Of a DNA stretch of 64,000 nucleotides, positions 38,180 through 49,810 are shown one piece after another (the first letter of the stretch is position 1; each line of letters begins with the position of its first letter). The notes beneath the pieces are model-generated. The model had not been told where the DNA came from and made no database searches. It saw only the letters and a list, made by a program, of their open reading frames with translations. Source of the DNA: Mesotaenium endlicherianum (taxonomy: Eukaryota); the NCBI GenBank assembly GCA_009602735.1, contig WELA01001056.1, positions 196,843 through 260,842 of the forward strand, written 5' to 3'. The position numbers were made by a program, and so were the translations under genes.

Positions 38180-41100
38180 TTACTTGGCCGCGTCTCTTTT
38201 GCGTTTGTTCCATGGCTTACGAAGAGCGCTTGGTAGCACACTTGCCTCGGCGCAGAGCTTTTGAGCATCAGCCCATCGTAACCAATATTGTTGGACCAGG
38301 TCCTTACAATTAAGTAGGATTTCGTCCTGAGGTTCGTACGAGTTCCAACTGGAATCGTAATCTAGCCACTTTATCAAAAGCTCCACGCGTGGAGGTTTAT
38401 GACGAGTGTAGCAGTGTCCTAAGACCTCCTCTACATCCCAGGCCTTATCATCATCGGCGAGTTCCAATTCCGGTGTTTGTGGCTGATAGCGGCCATCGGA
38501 CCTAAACAGCTTCAGTAAACTGACATGGAACATAGGATGCGTTCGCCCCATGGATTTAGGCAAACCCAGTCGGTATGCAACAGATCCAACCTTTGCGATA
38601 ACGCTAAGAGGGCCTACCCAGTGAGGCAATAGCTTGCGCTTTCCTGGGTGCTTGATTTGGAGATTTTTAGTTTGCAAAAATACTTTATTGCCAACTTGAA
38701 AACTTAACTCAGTCCTGTGCGTGTCAGCAAACTTTTTTTGCTGATCTCAAGCAGCGGCTAAAGCATGCTTTGCGTTTTTGTGCACCTCTTGAAGAGAATG
38801 GACAAATAGGCGTGCACTTGGTACTCTCATGGTTGACAGCCCCGCCTCAGCGTAAACGACGCGCGTGAGAGGAGTGTGCGGATGTCGCCCATAGTTAAGG
38901 AAAAATGGAGTTTCCTTAACACTTTCCTGATAAGCATTATTCACTGCGAACTCTGCGACTGAAAGGAGGGTATCTTAGTCGTCTTGGCGAGGATTCACAT
39001 AATGCCTAAAGAACTGTTGCAGAACGCGGTTCATTCGTTCTGTCTGACCATCGATCTGAGGGTGGAAGCTAGTTGACATCTTAAGTTTCGTGCTAAAGTG
39101 CGAACAAACGTCCTGCCAGAAGTGGCTCGTAAATCTACTGTCACGATCACTTATGATTTCTTTCGGCATGCCATGCAACTTGAACACGTGATCTACGAAG
39201 AGACGTGCGGTCTCGACGGCATCAAGTGCTGGGGTAGTGGCCACAAAGTGTACCATCTTAGTGAAACGATCCACGTTCGTTAGCACCCCATTGTGTCCTC
39301 GATCGGTGGTAGGCAATTCAACGACAAAGTCGAGGCTTATGCTTTTCCAAGGAGCACATGCAAGTTCCAATGGTTGCAACTTCCAAGCGGGCAACGTATT
39401 GCTCGGCTTATTCCAATGACATGTTGCGCAGTTGATGATGTACTCGGCAACATCAACCTTAAGGGACGTCCAAATGTACCCTTGGCGCAAAGAGTGTGTG
39501 GTTTTGGTAATTCCATGATGACCTGAGTAAGGAGAGTCATGCGCTTCTCGTAGTAGCACATGTCTTACTCGGCCTTCTGGGACAGCAATGCGCCCATTGT
39601 GCCACCAAAAACCGTCCTCAAACGAATAGTTTGAGTGTTCNTTCGAGTGTTCTTTCCTTTTATCCATATTGTCCATCGTTACGGCTACACCGTTCAAGCC
39701 AATACCCTGGAGATCTAGGAAAAACGGATCTTTGAGATAGCCCTCGCGAAATAATTGATGCACGTCAAGTATTTCCGAGTTTTGCATGCTATCCAAATTG
39801 GGTGTGCCCGCGCCACCAGGCTGGTTGCGGTCAGACGTCTGGGGGGGTACAGCAGATCAAGGGTGGCCGCCCTCGAAACTTGACCATTTTGTTCTCGCAA
39901 GCTCGCAACAGTCCCCAACATCAAGTGGTGGTGAGGAATTCGACTTAGAGGATCAGCAACATTGTTGCGGCCTGGGCGATACGCCCACTCAAAGTGGAAT
40001 CGTTTCAAGAATTAGACCATCTCGTCTGTGTCCTCGATAGCGTTGGCTGAATTTGAAAGAAAGTATTTGGGCAGTGGTCCGTAACCACTGTCAAACCTTT
40101 GCAGCCTTCCAAATAACATCGCCAAGTTTTCAAAGCGTACATGACTGTCCAGAGGTCCTGCTCTGTCGTTGAGTAATTTTGTTCGGCAGGTGTCAGCTTT
40201 CGACTCTCAAAACTAATAGGCTGGCCTGCCTGCAGCAGTACAGCCCCTATTCCAACACCAGACGCATCGGCGACGACCTCGTAAGGCAAGTCGGGATCGG
40301 CTAATGAAAGAAGTGGCGCATTCGTGAGTGCATACTTAATGCGCTCAAACGCATGTTGCGTATTCTCATCCCAAATGAACGTCTTATCTTTCCTTGTCAG
40401 AGCAGTGAGTGGCGCGGCCATCACTGAATAACCTTGCATAAACTTACGAAAGTAGTTAGCAAACCCGAGGAATGAACGTACAGTATGTATATCGGTTGGG
40501 ACAGGCCAGTCAGCGACACACGCTATCTTGGCTGGGTCAGGGCGCACCCCTTTCGAACCCACTATATGTCCCAGGTACAACAGTTCATCCTTTAGGAAGG
40601 AACATTTCTTGAGCTTAGCGTACAGCTGCTGCTCACGAAGGATTTGCAACACCAACTCGAGGTGCTTGTAATGCTCGTCCCTGTTCTTTGAGTAGACGAG
40701 GATATCGTCGAGGTAAACCTGGACAAATTTCCCCAAGTAAGGTCTAAACAAATCGTTCATGGTACTTTGGAATGCCGCTGGTGCATTGGTAAGTCCAAAA
40801 CTTAGGACTTTGTATTGGAAATGCCCAATAGGCGTTCGAAACGCTGTATTGGGGACATCCTCTGGTGTGATTCGAATTTGATGATAGCCTTGGGCTAAAT
40901 CAAGCGAGGAGAACACGCATGCCCCCTGCAGCAAATCAAACAAATCATCAATGCGAGGCAACGAATAGCGGTTCTTGACCGTTATGTTGTTCAGCGCACG
41001 ATNGATCAACGCACGATAATCAATGCACATTCTAAGCGTCCCATCTTCCTTTTGGACAAAGAGGATGGGGGCCTCGAATAAAGAAGAGCTCGGCTCAATC

Positions 41101-42242
41101 CAGCCTTTCTCCAGCAAGTCGCTAATTTGATCTTTCATCTCGGTCATTTCCAACGGGCTTAGGCGATAAATCGGTCGCCAAGTCGGTTGAGAATCGGGAA
41201 CGAGAGGGATGGTATGTCCAATACCCCTATCAGGCGGGAGCCCGGCTGGTATTTCAATTGGAAACACTGACTTATACTTTTGCAAAAGAGCAAAAAGGTC
41301 GGTTGTGAGTGTTTCTTCATGACCAGTAATGTCTAACATCGGTTCTTGCGTAAAGAGCGTAGTTGAAGTTGCTGGGGAATCGGGTCTCAGTAATCCAAAG
41401 AAAACATTTTGACCGTGCTTTGCCAAACGTCGCGCTTGCTTTATGGACAATAGAAGAGTCTTCGAAGGACTTTCCAAGGCCATATCGGGCTTAAGGGACT
41501 GAAGAGAAATCTTTTTGGTCCCCTTGCGCACAATGCATGTCTTTTGACTGAAGTCAAGCAATGCACTTGTTTGCGTAAGCCAATCATTATTCAAAACTGC
41601 GTCGATTCCATGCGGCAATTCAGTTACGTAGAATTGTACATGCCCATGGAAGGACTGCACGCTGAGCGGTAATTTAAGCATTCCAATAATGCAATCTAAC
41701 GAGCCATCGCCAAGGCGAAGAGTCTCGTCCTTGAGTATTGGAAACAACTTCATCCCTTGTGCAAAACGTGCACTAATGAAGCTTACTGACGCGCCTGAAT
41801 CAATGACTGTAAAGCATGATTTACCTGAAACTTTCGTTTCAAATGTCATACTTAATCCCAAAGAAGCATAATGCATCAGCAGCAACGTCCTCGCCTTGAG
41901 AGGAATGTGGAAAATATGGAGGTCCTTTACCAAAATCCCATTTTGCATTGCTGTCCTTGCGCGAAACCGAGTAATCGGGTCAAAGTACGCGCGAATATGT
42001 GTGAATGCAGCAATATATATTGGTGCAAGACACTTGTGCATTTTCCGTAAGCGAGATAAGTGTTCGTAACACTTGGCAAGGTTAGGATCATGCGGCTGAA
42101 AGTGCAAGAACATGGTATCATGGATGCACTCGAGTTCCAAGAACTCAGCAAAGCTCAACACTGGCATACAAATATATTCGTTCGAAGTATATTTATATCG
42201 GGTATGCCTGAGTGAACAAGGATTTTTGGGGCTTGCGCGCAA
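38180..42242 (-). pseudogene. pol: Family D pol (PR-RT-RH-IN-chromodomain) with frameshifts
   Basis: VIDSGAS, YLDD, VADASG, HDSPYSGHHG, SDRD, WDVEEVL..LIKW. Confidence 0.92.
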
Positions 42243-42302
42243 ACTCCTAGAATTTCCTGCTCACTAAGTCGTGTTGTCAAAGCGCTAGACAATAGCTATT
42301 TA

Positions 42303-42946
42303 TCACAAATAAGGGCAGCGAATATAATCGACGCTAGCATTTATGCAGTGGCCGCAATAATGGTCGCTTGACCGATCACGGTACAAATCCCTGTCAAAGA
42401 GATGCTCGGAAAGACTAATACGGTGGTGAGACCACATGTAATCAACATACCCACGATATGTTGTGTAACCACGAACGGGCATGGGCGGACGGACAAAACC
42501 CGAACGGTTGCGGAAACGAGGACTATACACATTTTGATAGTCCTCTAGGGTGGTTGGTCGCGCAATTCCATCCTATGCCCATAATTGTTCCACATGTGGT
42601 AGTAGTGCTCATATTCAATAAACGGCAAGGAATCAATGACATCCGGCCGTTCACGAGGCGCACGAGGCGACCGTGTCCGGCCACGTGGAGAGCGAGAGCG
42701 GGAAGGTTCGGGTTGGTGGTTCCGAGGCTCGGCGGGGGTGGGAGGTGTGGGTGACGAGCGTTCCGGCGAAAGTATCTCGTACGATCAAAGATCGACGGGC
42801 GACGAGCGCTGCGAGCCGTGCGGAGCCATAGGCGAATAAGTCGGCGACGGCCGAGTCGGCTCCGAGGCAACACGCGGCGAGACGCGAGGCCGGCGGGGTG
42901 AGTCGTCGTCGATGTAGATGATTTCGATTCGACGACCGCGAGCCAT
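42303..42946 (-). pseudogene. Non-Gag ORF in the gag position of element D (one stop, one frameshift)
   Basis: MARGRRIEIIYIDDDSPRRPR...RSRSPRGRTRSP...YVDYMWSHHRISL...HYCGHC. Confidence 0.5.
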
Positions 42947-43541
42947 GGCGAACTGGAAACGAATCGGGGGCGAATCTATACAGAATCAAGAAATCGGTTA
43001 GATTCGACAACAGAATCCGGCGGAAAATGCGACAGACTTTCTGACCAAAATAAAAAAAATAATTCCTTGGAGAATCCGAGATCGGCTCCGATACCAATGT
43101 GACGTTTCAGCTTTTCGAGAGGATCTTTCCTCGGTATTCAAGGAATATTTAATTCAAGTGGGAGGAAAATCTGTATACTTGTGGAAACTGACGAATACTC
43201 GAAAGAGCGAAAGTGAAAACTAACGTAGAATGTGTGCTTGTGAGAGTTGCACTCACAATGACTCTGCAGGTATTTATACCTGCACAACATGAGGCACTGG
43301 AGTGCTTCGAGTCACCACCTAGGGCACTGGTTCATGTTCAACGAAAACGGTCGAAGGGACGTGTCCCATTCGGCCGAATGCTCGAAACGCGCAGTTGGCC
43401 GTTTGGAGACTTTTCGACGGTTTCCGAAAAACCGTTTCGCGCCAAACGGGCGTTTTCGCGTTCTCGCGACTTTCCGAAAAAGTCGCGATTGATCGCGGAG
43501 TCGCGTACACATGCTTTCGTCATGAACCGGTAGTTTAAAAA

Positions 43542-43626
43542 GCTACTTTGGCCAATCGGTTAGGTGTGAACGTTTCAAACGAAAGTCGCGGGTTCGAATC
43601 CGCTCGGATGCAAAGCGACTTTGCAT
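43542..43626 (+). promoter_or_regulatory. tRNA-like Pol III A/B-box unit in the family D LTR (second copy 37541-37625)
   Basis: A box TGGCCAATCGG 43549-43559, B box GGTTCGAATCC 43591-43601 at tRNA-like spacing. Confidence 0.6.
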
Positions 43627-44095
43627 ATTTCGTTTCGTTTGACTTTACGACTGTTTGTTCGTATTAATGATACGACAGTTTCTTCGTATTACGACTAGTC
43701 GTAATCCGAAATCTGTGATTGTCCATTATTCGTAATAATGACAATCAAAATAACTTAATCAAACAATGATTAATTAAATTATCATCTCATAATTATTCAA
43801 AGTAACTTTATGAATAATTATGTCGTACTTTTGCGAAGTAGTCGAATTACGTTACGACGCTTTTTGCAATAGTATCTCGGTCGTTTCGCCAATCGACCGG
43901 GAATTAATCGGCACACGTGTGTGGCGAATAATTCAATGTGATGCAATCATTTATCAAATAACTTATGATAAATAGTATAACGTGTTTTAGGTAATTGGGA
44001 AAACGTCCCAAATACGCCTAAAAAGCTCAAATCATTACAATGTTGATGTGTTGGCACTCCAACGCATCTCAAAGTATGCCACCTCTTTTTAGAAT

Positions 44096-45256
44096 TGTCC
44101 CGACTGAGGACATCAGAAGGCGCTAGGCATCGGCAAGGCTAGAAGCGAGAGAGACTCTAAGAACTAGGAAGTGGCTCAGGGAGGGGACTACTCCCGAGCT
44201 GGACACACACTGACTAATCTATGCGCTGATGAGTAAGAACCTCCCCTATTAGGGGAAAAAGCCCACAGCTTATGAACTATAAATGAGAAAAGGAAATGAA
44301 AGAAGTAAAAGGCTTGAACTGGGCACTACTGGGCAACAGAGCAGCTACTGAGCAACTAATCACTGAGCAAAAATTGAACTGTGAAAACTATAAACGAGCG
44401 GAGACTCAGCTGAGCGAGCGACGACTAATCTATGGTGGGCAAGAACGAGGTAAGTTTCACTAGGGTTAGTGATGTTATGGTCGCGACCTCACGAGCGTCA
44501 CAATCCACACATTCGAAGCCTGAAAGAAAAGACAAGCACTACTTGACAAAGAGAGAGATGCCATGCAAGTACAATCAGCAAAAAGTACGAGGTTACAAGC
44601 TTGTGAGGTGAATAACTAGAAAGTATGAATTTGAACATACAAATGCCAACACCAAAATGGTGTTAGCGTGCTCCCTAAGTAGCATGCTCGTGAATGTTGA
44701 AGCCTTGTGCCTACAAAGTCGAACGAAACCAAACCTAACCCAAGTGACGCGTTATAGCGTCAAAGAGGGAAATAATGACTCACTAATATTAAATTAAATA
44801 GGATGAAAAAGACAATGAAGTTTGGACGGATTAACCCCCCCAATCCCTCACACGCTCACTCGTACACTCCCTAACCCCTAACGACCCCGTGGACACACCC
44901 ACGGGATCGCCTATCGTACATGAAGACTCAATCACGGACGGCTAGAGCTCCCACTTGGTACCAGCGCCGACCCAACAAGCGAGGGAACTTGTGGGTCGAC
45001 CTCCACATGTGCGGGCGGCAGCAACACATGTGGAGGGAGGAGGTATGCGCGGGATCCGGGCGGTGCCTCACAGCTGCTCAGTAGCAGAACCTCGTGAGCG
45101 GATCATAGGTCCAAGTGCTTACCCCAACTGCCTGTGAACTGAGCCTTCCTCACCTACCATCCCTAACCCACCTAACCTCTAAGACCTGCCATCACCCTCC
45201 ATCCCTTCCCCCCACTGACTGGACACTCAACGGGCTCGACAGCATCAGCTACGACA
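44096..45256. mobile_element. 1161-bp insertion with TGTC...GACA ends, probable solo LTR of another family
   Basis: Cleanly interrupts the B LTR; flanks GAAT/AAAT; no coding capacity seen. Confidence 0.65.
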
Positions 45257-45723
45257 AAATAATGTACACATGTCCTTTTGACCTTAAATGCCCTTTTTGA
45301 CTTTTGCCACATGGATTTCTTCTAAGCCATTCTTCTAACTTTGACATTGCCTTAGAAGGTTCAAATGACATGAACCAAGTCACTGGAGTATCTTTTCACA
45401 TTTGAATCCATACAAAATTACTTCACAAATATTCAAAAGAATTAAAATATAAAAACCAACTAATACAATCTAACTTATATCGCTACAGTATGTGTGTGTG
45501 TGAGAGAGATAGAAAGAGAGGGGGGGGGGGAGAGAGAGAGAGAGGTAGAGAGAGAGGAAGAGAGAGTATGTGTTGATCATGTGATCTAATTGTAATTTTG
45601 AAAACTATGTTATCATTTTTTTTTAAACTTGAAGTTGTTCATCTTACATTTGATGTGGCAAAATAAGATAGATTGCTAACTTTTCTACGAACCATATTAC
45701 CAATGCCAGCTCATGTGAGTTGT

Positions 45724-46443
45724 TGTAATGAATCAGTATAATGGTTGACATAATATTCATTTAAATAATATAGTTAAATAAGTTCAGCCTGCTGAACTCT
45801 AGTTAATGATCAGTCTGCTGGACTTTAGAATTAATATCAGTTTAATGACTCGGTCGAAAGTAGCAGGCTGATGTCACCTTAAGTCAGCTTGCTGACACAT
45901 TCTTTGACAGCCAGCTGACTCCCGTACTCGGTAGCAGCAAACTGCCTCGATATGCATCTAAGTGTGGTCTGCTAGATGAATGGCCAGATGACATCCCTAT
46001 GATGGATGGCGATTCGGGATGATGGGAGATGGCGGTGGATTTGGTTAACCGAGGTCCTACCAACGTGGTTAACTCCCGGGTAGGCGGTGCCATCGCACTG
46101 GCCGTTGAACAGTAAACTCATTCCATGTACATATGCTAGGCATTGCTCTCGAGTTCGGCATTCGGAAACGAGGCCAACTCTCTTGTACAGCTTACTGAGA
46201 GCGATCTGAATCCAAGGCGAGAAGCCATTGATACGCACTGTCTTCTAACCTTGCTTATGTATGAGTTTACTGATTTGCATTGTTGATGCTAGTTTACTCG
46301 CATTTGACTTACGAGTATTATTCACTGCTAGTGTTTGTCCTTTGCCGTTTAACCAGTTCACGGAAAATACCATAAAGATTACTTGCTGATATAAAGATCT
46401 TTATTAATTGTTAGTCGCCTATTTGGTAAGTCAATTCATTTCA
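45724..46443 (+). repeat. Family A solo LTR with perfect TSD GTTGT
   Basis: 720-bp copy; GTTGT at 45719-45723 and 46444-46448. Confidence 0.95.
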
Positions 46444-47465
46444 GTTGTGGTGAGGAATCAACATTATGCGATATGTTCAGTATAAGTAGTATAAGCATGT
46501 TAATCGTACAAATTTCATTTGATCATATTGAAACAAAGAGGCATATTCTCTATTTGCATCGGCTCGCAAGACGCATGCGCTTCCAAACGATGTTTGTGAC
46601 ACGACTCTTGGACGTACATAAGAAATCACATGAATACACTCAAGCATGCCTGCTTGAGTGCATCATACCCCATGTGTGCTTATAAATATGCAGCAATACG
46701 GGCAAATTCCAAATTGCGATACTTTCATGATGTATGTTGATTTGAACGAGTTGCACGCGTCAAAACCCACTGCATGGCGTAACTGTTCTGCATTCCCATG
46801 AACACATGATTTCTTGGCCACATATATGCTGTCATACATACCATACGCATACACATGCCGCAAGCTAATATTGCACATGCATGCACAACACAAATGCCTG
46901 TGCGCATGCACGGGCGTACGCACTCACGCACCCACGCATGTGGTTAAGCGCACACTTGCATTTTTATTCAATGCTTGTATACGTCCTTCAAACCTTATTT
47001 TGCGTATACCATGTGTAAACGCTTGCATGCATGCGTGCACCCAAAGCAATACAAAAGCGCAAATTGGCACATGCATGTTTTCCACCACAAATGCACATAT
47101 GCAAACACACACCAATCTCTACTTTAGCATAATATTTTTCACAAACTGTTAAGCGCCAACTAGAAGATGAATGTCACGTGCTGTATTCATGGTTGCACGC
47201 GCGTATCTATTTCACACGCCTGTACGCCCTGCGCACGCTCGAAAGGTCGACCGTGTAGCTTGTGCGGCTTTAATATACATTAAACCTTTTTAATACGTAG
47301 GGGAGACTGAGCTGGCTGGCGCTGGGCGGGCTCCTTTTCGTCCACACGTTGTTTGTATCCGGCAAACCCCTGGTACCATGTTCGATTGCGTTTAACGATG
47401 TGGTGACGGGTTCATCTGAATCCGCACGCTCGACTCTTGACGAGTCTAACGAGTGACCGGTATCG

Positions 47466-48412
47466 GGGCAAATTACCAAAGTAGCACTCCTACTTTCGTT
47501 TATTTCAAAATCTAGCACTCCAAATTTTGTTATTTTAAAACCAGCACTCGCGCATGTAAGGTCATGCCATGTAGGCCTTACATGTTCAAATGACGTGCCA
47601 CACGAATTTGCACGCGACCCTTCTTGACACCATTTCTCTCTTTCGTTTCCAAAATCTTCCAACACCACTTTTGTAATTGACCCACCTTCGCGATCCAAAC
47701 TGCCCAATGACGCCAAATTTCGGGTGGACACATTGTCGCTACCTTCATTTTACTCTCCAAAACTCTTTGAAGGCATTGACCGCTTTGCCGCGCCTCCAAA
47801 TCGAAGACGACTTTTCGAACTCCATAGCCGGGTCTAAACCTCGGCGGGTCAACTAGGTACGTCTCATGGTGGTTAAATGTAGGTAAAACGTGGTGGTTAA
47901 ATGTAGGTAAAAAGTGGCCGTTAAATGTAGGACGTAAGGTGCAACATGCTTACAAATAGAAAAGGATAGCCACAGGCAACCTCAATAGCAATGTGCCATA
48001 GTAACTAAGCACTTGACTTAGCCGCTACAATTAGCTACTTGTGATTACGTTCCTACCTGAAATAGCAGAGAATGCGATGAATATAGTCTCTCAAGAAAAT
48101 ATAGGGTTAGAAAATAAAGGCGCAAGAAATAGGTCACGAAAATACATGTGGACCAATTTTTGGGCGTTCTTAGGTAGTTTGGTTCGTGAAATTGGACAGT
48201 TGGAAAAGTGGTGGTGGTCTATTTTGGAAACGAAAGAGAGAAGTGGTGTGTCAGGTAGGGTCGCGTGCAAACGCGTGTGGCACGTCATTTGATCGTGTAA
48301 AGCCCACGTCGAATCGTCTTACATGCGCGAGTGCTAGTTTTGTAATAACGAATCTTGGGAGTGCTATTTGTAGAATGAACGAAAGTTGGAGTGCTACTTT
48401 GGTAATTTGCCC
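47466..48412. mobile_element. Non-autonomous Mutator-like element
   Basis: Long (~290 bp) TIRs starting GGGCAAATTACCAAAGTAGCACTCC; 9-bp TSD CCGGTATCG/CCGGTACCG. Confidence 0.88.
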
Positions 48413-49810
48413 CCGGTACCGCCTGACGAGTTTTGTCACACATCGTGTCGAGAAGGTTTGGGCGGAAAAAGCCGAAGATAGGGGGTTGGCCAATATTTCT
48501 TCGCCAAATACGTCCAAGCCCTAACATGCACTCTACGCGATCTTTGACGAAGAATTCCTGCTCAACCTGGGAGCATGGGTTGCAATGGTCGTGTTGATCG
48601 GGGTATGAGTTTCAAACACCGCCCATCAGCTCAATGGGCTGAGCTCAACCAAGCTCAGCTCGTGATCAGTCCAAGAGCTGGGATCCGGATTCCAGTATAT
48701 GTGTAGGGCTATTGTCTGGTCAGTATACCATGTGTTAACACATGTGTCTCCATGTGTATCGGGAAGCTAGTTTGGAGCGCACTGATTGGTTACATCTTGA
48801 CTGTTGCAGTCCTTGCAAGGCTTACCTTGTCAAAAGCAGGGGTGCAGAATGGGCATGCAATTCTCCACATTTTCCTACTTCTCCGGCCTCAGGCTGGAGC
48901 CTGGAGGCTGGAGGGGTCGGGACAGTTTTGCGGCTGCTTCACTTTTCTTCGTCTCGCTTTGCCAAATTGACTGGGGCCGACTGGGGAAGTTTGGAGCCAC
49001 ATTTGGACATATATCAGATTGGTCAGACCTGTCCAGACCAGTCCAGGAATGGTCACACAGTGCATGTACGATTTTACGAAAATGTCAAGAGCCACTAGTA
49101 TTATGTAGACAAGTAATGCTTCGGTCAGCAGATGACGTTCGTCTGAGCTCGTGGTTTTTACCAGTTTACAGTTCGTGCATCTCCGTTGTTTTTTTCACCA
49201 TCACCCTCAATCACCCTACAAGATCCAGCCGTTGCTCCCCTACCATCATCCACGTTCGTCCAAAGTATGTGTGCTGCTTGAGATTTGGAAGAGACCTTGC
49301 AAAATTTGGCCTTAACTATTACATGAAGATAGGGTCAACCCAGCGCAACCCAGCGGGTCAGACCACATCGGAGGTACTGGATGGCCTTGCATGGGACTGA
49401 AGCACCCTGGGGCATTGGGACTCGGGAGGCGGGACTCGGGAGTCGGGAGTCGGGAAGTGGTTGATCAGGAGCAATTCAGTTCGCTGATGTGAACTCGTGG
49501 CCAATTTTGACAGCCTCCAGATCAGCCGCCCTCACTATCTTGTCTAATTTTGTGGCACGGTGGCACCTGATATCGGCCGTCACTGCTCTCTCCTTCATCC
49601 CACCGTCATTGTGCCAGAGTCCGAAATTTGAAGGTGGCCAGAATGACGAGCAAACACGAGAGGAGATCGTACTTAGCCCAGCCCAGCCCTCATTCCATCT
49701 CACTTGCTTGGCTATCTGTCCTTGAAGGCTTAAGCTCCACACTCCTCATCTTTTTGCCGCATAGAGCCACACTGCTTGCGCTTGGGTAGCGCTAGTTGCC
49801 AGGGCTCACA

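Larger units (their letters stand above)
37302..44039 (-). mobile_element. Family D Gypsy element; 5' LTR 43098-44039, truncated 3' LTR 37302-38038
   Basis: Near-identical LTRs, PBS 43085-43096, PPT 38039-38052, pol fragments. Confidence 0.93.
37136..45487 (-). repeat. Family B solo LTR in three pieces (37136-37301, 44040-44095, 45257-45487), within a GA microsatellite
   Basis: Pieces are colinear with LTR 23809-24311; flanks GTACT/GTATG give only a partial TSD. Confidence 0.8.

Noticed and set aside
43542..43612. Functional tRNA with UCA anticodon (Sec or opal suppressor)
   Set aside because: Acceptor and anticodon stems do not pair and the T stem is short
46450..47280. Short ORFs in TGCA/CA-rich DNA
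   Set aside because: Low-complexity alternating purine-pyrimidine sequence with no termini or protein motifs
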